Assembly: GCA_016839785.1 (NCBI GenBank)
Contig: JAEOTQ010000230.1
Span: 1-37,410, forward strand
DNA length: 37,410 nt
DNA from: Candidatus Hodarchaeota archaeon
GTDB taxonomy: Archaea; Asgardarchaeota; Heimdallarchaeia; Hodarchaeales; Hodarchaeaceae
Reading direction: 5' to 3'
Below the pieces are notes generated by a model that searched no databases, was not told the DNA's origin, and saw only the letters and a list, made by a program, of their open reading frames with translations. Below are positions 16,566-25,646 of the stretch, piece after piece; the stretch's first letter is position 1, and every line of letters starts with the position of its first letter. A program made the position numbers and the translations under genes.

Positions 16566-18785
16566 TTATCCAACAAGCATTCTATAAACTTCAGCGGGAT
16601 CGTGTTCTCCAGGTGCCCTGATTTTAAATCGGATTTCGACTTTCTGCTCTGGTTGAACTTCCTCGAAAATCCACTTCATGGCCTGACCATTGTTCACTGA
16701 AGAGTGTTCTTCAAAACCAACTTCAGGATCCTCATGAGTTTCACCTACCAATTCAAACCCATTGGGCAAAAAGTCTGTTATTTCGACATTTTGTATGACA
16801 GCTGTTCCATCGTTAACACCACGAAGAACCACTTCATACTCATTAGTTTCTTCTGAAGAGGTTGAAGATACCATTTTACCAATTTTCAATTTGCGTCGCT
16901 CATGTACAACAGTTATTGGACCAGCTTCGGCTTCAGCAGAAATTGGTTTTACTTCAGGATAGATATTACCTAAGACTGTAACAGTTCCAGTAAATTCTTC
17001 TTCAGGTTTTGCAGTGGCATATAGAGGATATTTTACAAGAATTTCTTCATCTTGTGCAAGTGGCCCGAACTCTGAATCTTCTAAGTGTTCCATAGTAATT
17101 ACTACATTGCTGCCAGAGAGATCAAAGTCGAAGTCCTCAAGTTGTTCACTTGCTTTAAGAATCTCTATCTGCTCTCGCTCAGGACCTTCAAATCCTTCAG
17201 GAATTGCTTCAGATAACTGTATATACATGATCTCTGTACTACCAATCGATTTAACGACTTGTTCGGAGACAACTTCTGTCCTTCTAAATGAAGGGATAAC
17301 GAGGGGTTCATAGGTCTTAGTCACTTCTATACCCATGAAGGGTAATGCATACCCAGATAATACACATTCTGCAACAACTTCAGCATCAAAAAGGTATTTA
17401 ACACTTAAATCAAGTTCTCTACCGAACTGAGGAATCATATTATCATCCTCAACGGTAATAGTCCAGGGGTCTAGCGAGAATGTTTCACCAGGATCAATAG
17501 ATCGCTCTTCTTCGGGAAAATCAGTGCCTAACCACTCAATACGAACATTTCCTTCGTCGAGGGGTCCTTCAAAGATTTTTACTTCTTTTAAATCCATTTC
17601 AAATTCGCTGGTATTCTCAAGCTCAAACAAACAATCAAAATCACCAGGATTTTCTTCTTGTTCTTCACGTGAGATAAACTGAAAGACTGATGAACTACCA
17701 GTTATCGTATCTAAGCCTAAGCCAGAAAGACTCTTCTCTTTGACTTTGTATGTGATTTTCGTATCACCAATAATATAGGGATCGTTACCTTCTTCTGGTA
17801 AAGTGACTTTCATTACACAGCTTGCTTCTACTGTGTCACCCGCTTCAATTTCTTCAATTTCCCAAAGGACATGACTTCCTTCATCATCTGAGCTCTGCTT
17901 TAAGCTCCCAATGCTAGCCTCAAAGCCTTCAACAGTAGTTGAATCATCTAAAATGTATTTTTTAACTACTACATCATTCAAAGCATCATCAAATTCGTTA
18001 GTCAGCTTTATGGTGAATTTCATGCCAGATTCTTCACCTCTAGCGAATAATGGAGGTGAATCTTCTTTTTCTAAATCCCAAAAATCTTCTTGCACTGATA
18101 ATTTGGGTGCTTCAACTTGATACTCAAACGGGACGTATTTGGATGATTTCGGGTCTAATTCTTTTAAGGCAAATGAATTACCGAATACGGCTGTACCCTG
18201 TGCTTCATCTGCATTGAATATAACTTCATCTACGCCTTCTAATACCGCATCAATAGCCCAAATTCTATCTTTACTACCAGTGTTAACAATCTCAAGCTTT
18301 CCAGTCCCAACAAGGCCGCTAATTTCTTCGCCTTCTTCATCGACTAGATTATTATCTCTGTCAATCCGATATTGAAGAGATTCTTGAATTTTAACGTATA
18401 AGCCAGCTTGTCCTTTTTCAGATTCTTCCAACGCTCGATAGTCATCAGCAGCTCTTTCTTCATCTTCTTCTGAGAATTCACTTTCACCTAAAGGTCTTCC
18501 AAATTGCTGAATCCTATTGGCACCGTCTTTAGCCTTATTACGAGCTCCACGATCTTTATCATCTCGTTGAATTCTCTGTAGTACAGAGACTGCTTCAGGA
18601 TCGTTTAAAACTACAATTGAATCGATAGCGGATTTACGTACGTCTTTGTCCTGATCTTTCAGGGCAAAATCACATAATATGTGCAATGAACTCTTATTTC
18701 GTTGTTTTTCAAGAGTTTTTATTGCACTCATTTTTTGCTCTTTGCTGATATTTCTATACTCGTCATATGACAATTTTACAGTCAC
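16566..18785 (-). CDS. HEAT-repeat + mu-homology-like domain + tandem Ig/DUF11-like beta-sandwich protein
   Basis: HEAT repeats at aa ~15-95 (DQDKDVRKSAIDSI, DDKDRGARNKA). MHD-like region at aa ~129-365. DUF11-like repeats follow (EVTKTY...EAIPEGF; IGKMV...NDGTAVIQNVEITDFLPNGFEL). Very acidic, with no signal peptide. Confidence 0.65.
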   Translation of the reverse strand: MTVKLSYDEYRNISKEQKMSAIKTLEKQRNKSSLHILCDFALKDQDKDVRKSAIDSIVVLNDPEAVSVLQRIQRDDKDRGARNKAKDGANRIQQFGRPLGESEFSEEDEERAADDYRALEESEKGQAGLYVKIQESLQYRIDRDNNLVDEEGEEISGLVGTGKLEIVNTGSKDRIWAIDAVLEGVDEVIFNADEAQGTAVFGNSFALKELDPKSSKYVPFEYQVEAPKLSVQEDFWDLEKEDSPPLFARGEESGMKFTIKLTNEFDDALNDVVVKKYILDDSTTVEGFEASIGSLKQSSDDEGSHVLWEIEEIEAGDTVEASCVMKVTLPEEGNDPYIIGDTKITYKVKEKSLSGLGLDTITGSSSVFQFISREEQEENPGDFDCLFELENTSEFEMDLKEVKIFEGPLDEGNVRIEWLGTDFPEEERSIDPGETFSLDPWTITVEDDNMIPQFGRELDLSVKYLFDAEVVAECVLSGYALPFMGIEVTKTYEPLVIPSFRRTEVVSEQVVKSIGSTEIMYIQLSEAIPEGFEGPEREQIEILKASEQLEDFDFDLSGSNVVITMEHLEDSEFGPLAQDEEILVKYPLYATAKPEEEFTGTVTVLGNIYPEVKPISAEAEAGPITVVHERRKLKIGKMVSSTSSEETNEYEVVLRGVNDGTAVIQNVEITDFLPNGFELVGETHEDPEVGFEEHSSVNNGQAMKWIFEEVQPEQKVEIRFKIRAPGEHDPAEVYRMLVG

Positions 18786-18819
18786 CTTTTCATTTTTATG
18801 TTAGTTTCATTTGTACAGC

Positions 18820-18952
18820 TTGTTCACTATGATTCCCAGATGTGAACAAACAAAGATTGATTAATCTTTATTCAAACGTTCTTTCAATTAATTATTAGTA
18901 AAAAAATTTGTTGTTTCTTCTCGCCCACATTCGAATGTCGTAATTAATTACG
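18820..18952. promoter_or_regulatory. Cluster of four palindromes/inverted repeats upstream of the HEAT-MHD gene
   Basis: ttgttcac-N14-gtgaacaa (18820-18849), aaagattgattaatcttt (18852-18869), acattcgaatgt (18927-18938) and cgtaattaattacg (18939-18952). Confidence 0.5.
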
Positions 18953-19060
18953 TTTTGTTTTTCGGTTAATCTGGAATTACTGCATGAAGAGGTTTCTTTT
19001 TGAAATTTCATACCGACAAAAAATTGCAACCCTTCTGCTTAATGGTATAAACAGCATTAA

Positions 19061-20467
19061 TTAACTATTACCAGTGAATTTTTTTATGAATGCAGTGAAA
19101 CGCGATTCTGACATTCGTAACACCTTTCTTAGACTTTCTGGTTCTTCAAAACTAATGAGATCATTTAGAGTGAAAATATTGAGGACATTAAGTTTTTCTA
19201 CTGTCTTTAACCCTATTCCTGGGAGTGTTAATAGTTCACTTGGAGATTCAACAACAATTGGAACTTCAGAATCTTCAGTTAATGGTACTCCCACATAATG
19301 TGAGGCATTTCGCATCCATTTCTGATAGGTTTTTTCTGTAGTGATGTTACTCAACATTTCAAAAGATGAATTTAGGAGATTATCTACGGTTATGATTCCC
19401 ACCGATTTCAATTTTTCTGTAGTTACCTTTCCTATACCTTTGATTACAATCACTGGTTGATCAAGTGGTTTTACAAGTTCGGGTTTTCGAACACTTTCAG
19501 GTTCAATTATTCGACCTATGGATGCTAATATTTCCCCTAACTCATTCGTAGAAATATCAAGACTCTTCTTCAAGAGTTCTATATCGGAAAAATCAAGCAA
19601 TTCCGTTTTTGATCTTACTCCTAAATTTGCTAAGTGCTTGATGTAATTAGTAGTAAGTCCTTTGACCATCCTTAAATCGTCAGGAACAATTTCCTCATCA
19701 GGTTCTATGTCTAATCTACCAATTTCTTCAGCTTTCTCACTTAGTAAAAGCTCCGCATCTTGGAGCATTTTCTCCAGTCTCTTATCGCTAATTCGCATAA
19801 TTTCAGCCAGGTAGATACGATCTTTGTGATACCACAGATCTGAAACTGTCATAACATTGACTTTAGCCAAGCGACTTGCATATGTCTGTCCAATTCCCCG
19901 GACTTCTGTGATAGGTATTTCCTTCTCTAAACCAGCTGTAGGAGGAGATGATTCTGCTATTTCTTCCTGAACCATAAGAATGGCATCAATAGGTTCATCT
20001 TCTCTTAGAATTTCTTCTTCAATTATTGGTACGAGTTCTGGGAGTTGATAAATTATATCTCCACCAAGTAAAGGAAATTCCACTCTTTCTGATTTCTCTA
20101 CAAAAAAAATTTGGCTGAATGCTAAAAGTTTTCCATCTTCTTCAACTAATTTTTGTGTACCTCTCACGTTCTTAATACTATTTACCTTTACTTGCCATAT
20201 CCCGAGATGGTCATCCCGTATAGATGTTGGGATTGGCCAGTTGTTTACTAATATATCACTTAGACCTTTTCCATATCTGTTCAAACGTGAGTTCTGCTTA
20301 TGATCAAGAATTTGTAGACGATAGCGCCCTGGTATCAACTCACTTTCAAATGCAACGTGAATATTAATTCTTTCACCTGGTTTAAACGCAAAAACACTTA
20401 GAATCGGATCATTGGCTAAGCAGATACAAATTGAGGGCATTTCATACACATTTCTAGGACTATGCAC
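19061..20467 (-). CDS. MG2-like Ig domain + four helix-hairpin-helix (HHH_5/DUF4332-like) modules
   Basis: HhH motifs VRGIGQTYASRL, VKGLTTNYIKHL, IKGIGKVTTEKL and LPGIGLKTVEKL. The N-domain reads FKPGERINI...LQILD...WPIP...LGIWQV. The true start may be the ATG at 20440. Confidence 0.8.
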   Translation of the reverse strand: MHSPRNVYEMPSICICLANDPILSVFAFKPGERINIHVAFESELIPGRYRLQILDHKQNSRLNRYGKGLSDILVNNWPIPTSIRDDHLGIWQVKVNSIKNVRGTQKLVEEDGKLLAFSQIFFVEKSERVEFPLLGGDIIYQLPELVPIIEEEILREDEPIDAILMVQEEIAESSPPTAGLEKEIPITEVRGIGQTYASRLAKVNVMTVSDLWYHKDRIYLAEIMRISDKRLEKMLQDAELLLSEKAEEIGRLDIEPDEEIVPDDLRMVKGLTTNYIKHLANLGVRSKTELLDFSDIELLKKSLDISTNELGEILASIGRIIEPESVRKPELVKPLDQPVIVIKGIGKVTTEKLKSVGIITVDNLLNSSFEMLSNITTEKTYQKWMRNASHYVGVPLTEDSEVPIVVESPSELLTLPGIGLKTVEKLNVLNIFTLNDLISFEEPESLRKVLRMSESRFTAFIKKFTGNS

Positions 20468-20502
20468 TTATAGATATTGTCAGATAATCGAGGTATTTAG
20501 AA

Positions 20503-20826
20503 CTATTCACCAGTAAAGAACTTCACTTGATTCTTAACCTCGAAGAATAATTGGAATTTTTCGCTTTCTGACTCGATATAAATCTGCCACAGCCCAAAAT
20601 GTCGATCTTTCAACAATTTAGGAATTGGCCATTGGAGTTCGATTCCTTTTTCTGAACCTTTCCCGTATCTATTAAGTCTAGTATTTTCTTTACGATCTAG
20701 GATTTGTAACCAGTATTTATCAGGAATATGTGAGAATTTTGCTTTAAATGAAAACTTTTGACCTGGCAAATATGTATAAAGTGCTTGATCTGTATCATTC
20801 GCGGATTTAAGAGAGAATTCCTTCAT
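20503..20826 (-). CDS. Stand-alone MG2-like beta-sandwich protein, paralog of the N-domain of the downstream gene
   Basis: YLPGQKFSF...LQILDRKENTRLNRYGKG...WPIP...HFGLWQI aligns with the neighbouring protein. Confidence 0.75.
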   Translation of the reverse strand: MKEFSLKSANDTDQALYTYLPGQKFSFKAKFSHIPDKYWLQILDRKENTRLNRYGKGSEKGIELQWPIPKLLKDRHFGLWQIYIESESEKFQLFFEVKNQVKFFTGE

Positions 20827-20880
20827 TTGCTAGATATATAATACTTCCCCCGATAAAGAAAGACAATATCGAGATAATAT

Positions 20881-22197
20881 TCACAGAGTATCTTTGGTAA
20901 CCTCTCTCCGTTTAACTTTCCAGAGAAGTCCACTAAATAAAATGATTCCGATTAAAAGGACAATACTCGCAGCAAGGAATGCATATCTATATGCCAATAC
21001 TTCTGCTACACCCGCGAAAATTTGTGTATCAATGATTGGTCCTGTTAACAATGTGCCAGCTAGACCCCAACTCAAAAAAAATGTCGTATTAAAGATACTG
21101 AATCCTTTGGCCCGTTGTTTTGCAGGTATCAATTCAGATACATATGCATATGATGCTGAGGTCACGATTACATCTCCTACGCCTCTCAAAGCACTTGCTA
21201 CATAAATTAGAGGGAGAAAAGTGCTGAAAGTGATAAGTAATAACGCCACGATTGCAATTCCAGAGCCTAATAATGTTGAATTCCCATCACCAATTTTTGC
21301 ACCCAATTTTCCAACAAGTAAACCCACAACTATAATTCCGACTGATTGGAAATTTAAGAGAATACCTAATTCTCCAGACCCCATGTTAAAACCAGAATCT
21401 AACACCATATATTGAGAAAAAATCACAGCTAATGAATTTTTTCCGAAATTAATAAAAACCATGGCAATTAAGAATATGATGAAAATACCACCTGTTTTTC
21501 CTTGTTGTGATAGCTTCATGGGTTCTTGTACAGATAAATTATCAAAATTTGTCTTCGTTTCTTTTTTTATCCCACCTTCTGGCATAAAAAACATTGGAAC
21601 CGTGGAGATAAACATTACTGATGCAGCAATAAAGAACAAAGGTCCATCATAAAAACCCCATCCTGGATATAAACGGCTCAACCCATCGTACAAGGCTCCT
21701 CCTATCAATATGCCAATAATCCTGCCAACTCCACCAATACTAGAGAGTTGTCCTTGTATTTCTTGCCGAGTCTCATATTCGTATAGATCAGAGATTAATG
21801 CACTCCATCCAGTATTAGACATACTCCAGAAAAACTCAACACCACTTAAGCCTATGATAATAACCCAGCCTGCAACAAGCGGATTTACTACCATCCGATG
21901 AGCAAAGAAGACAAGTAGAGTGCTAAAACCAGCTGAAAGTTCTCCAATTATAACTAACGTCCTTCGTAACTGGTATTTATCTGAAATAATCCCCCAGAGA
22001 AATAATTGACATGCAGAATTGACAATCATTGGTAGTGATGCAAAGAGTGTGGTTTCTGTTACACTTAATCCAAGAAATTCTCGCAAATAGATTGATAGAT
22101 AAGTATAGAACAGTCCTCTCCTAAACATTGCGAGGACTTGAAAAGATGATAAGCCAAAGAAGATAGTCGATTTGCTAGTTCCCTTTTTTTTAGACAT
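20881..22197 (-). CDS. Major facilitator superfamily transporter
   Basis: About 12 TM helices, motif A-like GIISDKYQLRR, and ALISDLY / YVSELIP. Confidence 0.92.
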   Translation of the reverse strand: MSKKKGTSKSTIFFGLSSFQVLAMFRRGLFYTYLSIYLREFLGLSVTETTLFASLPMIVNSACQLFLWGIISDKYQLRRTLVIIGELSAGFSTLLVFFAHRMVVNPLVAGWVIIIGLSGVEFFWSMSNTGWSALISDLYEYETRQEIQGQLSSIGGVGRIIGILIGGALYDGLSRLYPGWGFYDGPLFFIAASVMFISTVPMFFMPEGGIKKETKTNFDNLSVQEPMKLSQQGKTGGIFIIFLIAMVFINFGKNSLAVIFSQYMVLDSGFNMGSGELGILLNFQSVGIIVVGLLVGKLGAKIGDGNSTLLGSGIAIVALLLITFSTFLPLIYVASALRGVGDVIVTSASYAYVSELIPAKQRAKGFSIFNTTFFLSWGLAGTLLTGPIIDTQIFAGVAEVLAYRYAFLAASIVLLIGIILFSGLLWKVKRREVTKDTL

Positions 22198-22459
22198 AAT
22201 TTTTCCTCATATCTCCGATGTGTCTAGCTAAAGAATCAATCAATCTCAATCCACTATTTCCTTCAAAAGATATTTGAAGATCAATCCTAGAGAAGTCTTT
22301 ACGGCACCTAACAAGTCCTTCATAATGAAGGATTGACCAATTAATTGTATTGAAAAGGAATTGGCTGTTAAAATAAATATTTACCCCTTCGATAACCAAG
22401 TTGGCATTTAGGAGCAAGATAACCGAATTATTCTCAAGGAAATTATTGAGGAAAAAAAT

Positions 22460-22855
22460 TTGAGTCCCGGTAAGAAAACAAAAAAGAAGCCGAAAAGAGG
22501 CAAAGGTAGAGGATTTGCTCCAGATCCAGGTTTTTCAAGGAGAACACGATATCCTAGTGAAGCAGAAGTAATTGGAGTAGTCATTCGGAATCTTGGAGCA
22601 CGTAGAATGGACGTATTATGTGCAGACCAAGTTAAAAGAGTTGCACGAATTCCTGGTCGTTTCAGAAGAGGATACAGGATTACTGTCAACGACGTTGTAT
22701 TAGTTGAACCATGGGATGACCTTTCAGGGGATAGAGGGGATATTACGTATCGTTATCGCAAAAACGAGATACGTCCCCTTTCAAGAAGATACAAAAAGGA
22801 ACTAGATTCATTAGATGTTGAAATCCCAAGGGTTATGGAAGAACAACCTAGGTAA
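22460..22855 (+). CDS. eif1a: Translation initiation factor aIF-1A
   Basis: VIGVVIRNLGARRMDVLCAD...ARIPGRFR...DVVLVEPWD...RGDITYRY OB-fold signature. Confidence 0.93.
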   Translation: MSPGKKTKKKPKRGKGRGFAPDPGFSRRTRYPSEAEVIGVVIRNLGARRMDVLCADQVKRVARIPGRFRRGYRITVNDVVLVEPWDDLSGDRGDITYRYRKNEIRPLSRRYKKELDSLDVEIPRVMEEQPR

Positions 22856-22924
22856 ATTGAATGACTTCTTAACCTTTTTTCATTTTTTCTATTCTATTAC
22901 TTTCTTTCTGGAGAGGTTATTGTT

Positions 22925-23680
22925 TTGACGTATATCATTGCTCATCGTGGGTTTTGTAAAGTAAATGAGCCTGATAATAGTCTTCCAGCTTTTCAAGCGG
23001 CACTTGAAGCCAATGCAGATGGAATTGAATTCGACATCAACCTTTCTTCTGATGGCCATTTCGTCTGTTTTCATGATCCGACGCTAACGAAATTAGGGCG
23101 TTCAGAACAACTAAATGAACTAAAACTTGAAGAGCTTACTGAAATCGAACTGTCAGAAGGAGTAACCATTCCATCACTCGAGGATGTCCTAGAAAAATTT
23201 GGTAATAAAATACTGCTGAATATTGAATTGAAACCTCAAAAAAATGGAACAAAAGAATTGATTCACGTAATCCATCAATATAGCCTCGATAATACTCCTA
23301 ATAAAGTTATAATTTCATCTTTTCATGGAGAGGCATTAGCAGAGATAAAAAAAATTGACCCAGACATTCCTACTGGTCTTTTAGTTAATTTTGCAAGGAA
23401 TCAATTGCCTATAGCCCAAAAGTTGGGTTGTGATGCACTTCATCCGTACTACGACAAAATTCCCGAAGGATGGACCAACCTGCCATATTGGATTGCTTCT
23501 TGGTTCCATAAATATTATGCACATAAGTGTTTTGACGAGGCAAAAAACAAGGGTATATTGATCAACCCATATACAGTAAATTCTGATCCATACTTACTGA
23601 ATTGCTTTAAACGAAACGTTTATGGTGTAATAACAGATGATGTGGATCGTGCCTATCAGATTAAGCAATATTTAGATTAA
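22925..23680 (+). CDS. Glycerophosphodiester phosphodiesterase (GDPD)
   Basis: IIAHRG, GIEFDI, CFHDPTL, NIELK, IISSF, YTVN and VITD. GGAGAGG SD upstream. Confidence 0.93.
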   Translation: MTYIIAHRGFCKVNEPDNSLPAFQAALEANADGIEFDINLSSDGHFVCFHDPTLTKLGRSEQLNELKLEELTEIELSEGVTIPSLEDVLEKFGNKILLNIELKPQKNGTKELIHVIHQYSLDNTPNKVIISSFHGEALAEIKKIDPDIPTGLLVNFARNQLPIAQKLGCDALHPYYDKIPEGWTNLPYWIASWFHKYYAHKCFDEAKNKGILINPYTVNSDPYLLNCFKRNVYGVITDDVDRAYQIKQYLD

Positions 23681-24177
23681 TCACGGCCAAAAGTCCACCA
23701 ACTAATGCCAGTATTTCGATAGAGGAATTTGCCTTCGATTATCTCATTAGTTTCCAATAGTTTTGGAGTAAATATTCGATCTCCTCCCCACATGTTCTCA
23801 TACGGAACTTTATCCTTTAGAAACCACTGTAATTCCCCTTCAGAGTTAGTAAAAGATCTTTTTTCTGTAACCTTTGCAGTGTATATGAACACTAACCAGT
23901 TAAATGCTGGTAAATCCTCTGAATCTTTCTTTCTATTGATTTCATCAAAATAAATATATCCTCTAAAATCCACTTCCGAGGTTTCAAATTCGTATCCTGC
24001 TTCCTCCTTGATTTCACGAATGATGCATTCGAGAGGTGTTTCCCCAGGTTCAAGTCTGCCACCTATTCCTACATACTTCCCTTCATGAAAATCATTCATC
24101 TTCTTATTGCGATAAAGCAGTAGTACTTCATTTTCATAAAGAAGATAGGCTAATGTCGCTAATTTATGCATAGGCAT
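23677..24177 (-). CDS. Nudix hydrolase, 8-oxo-dGTP diphosphatase (MutT/MTH1-like)
   Basis: Nudix box GGRLEPGETPLECIIREIKEEAG, plus EGELQWF and MWGGD. ATG at 24177 is preferred over 24231. Confidence 0.9.
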   Translation of the reverse strand: MPMHKLATLAYLLYENEVLLLYRNKKMNDFHEGKYVGIGGRLEPGETPLECIIREIKEEAGYEFETSEVDFRGYIYFDEINRKKDSEDLPAFNWLVFIYTAKVTEKRSFTNSEGELQWFLKDKVPYENMWGGDRIFTPKLLETNEIIEGKFLYRNTGISWWTFGRD

Positions 24178-24385
24178 TCTATTTTTCTTCCATGTAACCT
24201 CAAATTTTGAACATTCAAAATATTTCGCCAAATATTACCCGTCAACCTACTAATGGTAGGATTATTCAGTTATAATTAGTGTAGTTTTTAGGAGAAATCT
24301 CCAATTTTACTCTATCATTTAACTTTAAATCATTGAGATTAGTCAACCGACTCCATATTAGAAATCGATCCCCCAGAGAGTAAAG

Positions 24386-24883
24386 ATGAAAAACACAGAG
24401 ACAACTCCCTCAAAACTGAAGATTGAAATTAGACAAAGTAAAACTTCTGATGTTAGGGAAATTAATGAATTAGAGAGGTTAGTTTTCTCTTCAAAGATGA
24501 GATATGGCCCTTCTTTAATTGTAGCTATTATTAATACATCCTTATCTCATTTAGCATTAACCGCGGAGTTAAAACATCAAAATAAAATAGTAGGTTTTAT
24601 AGCTGGAGAGATTGATGAAAAGATAGAAAATCTTGGGAGAATTATTACTATCGAAGTTGATCCCGCCTTTCAACACCACCAAATTGGACGGCAATTGCTA
24701 CAAGTAATCGAAAAGAATTTTATCACTCATTATTCCATTGAAAAACTTGAACTCCAGGTTCACTTTGAAAATGAAAAAGCTATTGCTTTTTACAGAAAAC
24801 ATGGATTTTCTGAGGTCAAAAAATTGAAAAATTATTACTCAAGGAAAGAGCATGCAATTCTTATGCAAAAAACGATCAGTTAG
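24386..24883 (+). CDS. rimI: RimI/Ard1-like GNAT N-acetyltransferase
   Basis: IITIEVDPAFQHHQIGRQLL, LQVHFENEKAIAFYRKHGF and NYY...AILM. Confidence 0.85.
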   Translation: MKNTETTPSKLKIEIRQSKTSDVREINELERLVFSSKMRYGPSLIVAIINTSLSHLALTAELKHQNKIVGFIAGEIDEKIENLGRIITIEVDPAFQHHQIGRQLLQVIEKNFITHYSIEKLELQVHFENEKAIAFYRKHGFSEVKKLKNYYSRKEHAILMQKTIS

Positions 24884-24890
24884 TCGCATC

Positions 24891-25643
24891 CTACTCATTT
24901 AATGCATTTAATATTTGGGGGAATACTTCTCCAGCTTTTCCATGAATTACCACCTCTGCAGATGTATCTAGAGGAGTTGGTTCATCATTTACTATTATCA
25001 AAGGAGCTCCTGTTTGGTTAACTACATAAGGTAATGCTGCAGCTGGGAATACACTTATGCTACTTCCTACTACTATTACTAAATCAGCTCTTAGTAACTC
25101 TCTTCTAGCTTCTTCAAAAACGTTAGCTGGAAGAGGTTCACTAAATAATACGACGTTTGGTTTTATCAAACCATCACATGTCGGACACCGAGGTACTGTG
25201 GTTATTTCAATGAATTCTTCCACGAGGGTGCGATCAAATTGTTTTTGACAACTTAAACACGATGCAGTTTCCCCTGAACCATGTAATTCAAGTACACGTG
25301 AATTTCCTGCTCGTTGATGTAAATTATCAATATTTTGAGTTATTACTGTCTGTAGCTTCCCTATTTCTTCCAGTTCGGCTAGTGCTAAATGAGCTGGGTT
25401 CGGTTTAGCCGATAATACTAAATCAGATAACTCTGAATGCATTGTCCAAAATTTTTCTGGAGTTTTTAAAAAAGCGGAATATTCTGCATACTCATTTGGA
25501 TTATACCTTTCCCATAACCCTCCTGCACTTCTAAAATCAGGAATACCAGACTCTACACTTATTCCCGCACCTGTAAATGCGACAATATAAGATTTACTCT
25601 TAATAAGTTCCGCAGCTTTATCATATAGATTCTGCAAACTCAA
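24891..25643 (-). CDS. cobB: NAD-dependent protein deacylase (Sir2 family)
   Basis: TGAGISVESGIPDFRS, TQNIDNLHQRAG, ELHGS, a CxxC...CxxC zinc site, KPNVVLF and VVGSS. Confidence 0.95.
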   Translation of the reverse strand: MSLQNLYDKAAELIKSKSYIVAFTGAGISVESGIPDFRSAGGLWERYNPNEYAEYSAFLKTPEKFWTMHSELSDLVLSAKPNPAHLALAELEEIGKLQTVITQNIDNLHQRAGNSRVLELHGSGETASCLSCQKQFDRTLVEEFIEITTVPRCPTCDGLIKPNVVLFSEPLPANVFEEARRELLRADLVIVVGSSISVFPAAALPYVVNQTGAPLIIVNDEPTPLDTSAEVVIHGKAGEVFPQILNALNE

Positions 25644-25646
25644 TCC

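Noticed and set aside
16566-17350. DUF11-like repeats indicating an S-layer or adhesin protein
   Set aside because: There is no signal peptide or membrane anchor, and the N-terminal HEAT repeats favour a cytosolic location.
22190-22417. 75-aa ORF between the MFS and aIF-1A genes
   Set aside because: It has no motif and occupies the divergent promoter region.
24246-24302. Short hairpins cctac-taatg-gtagg and ggagaaatctcc
   Set aside because: Stems of about 5 bp are expected by chance.
24891-25643. Sir2 as an anti-phage NADase (Thoeris/DSR)
   Set aside because: It is a canonical zinc-binding CobB-type sirtuin in a housekeeping context.
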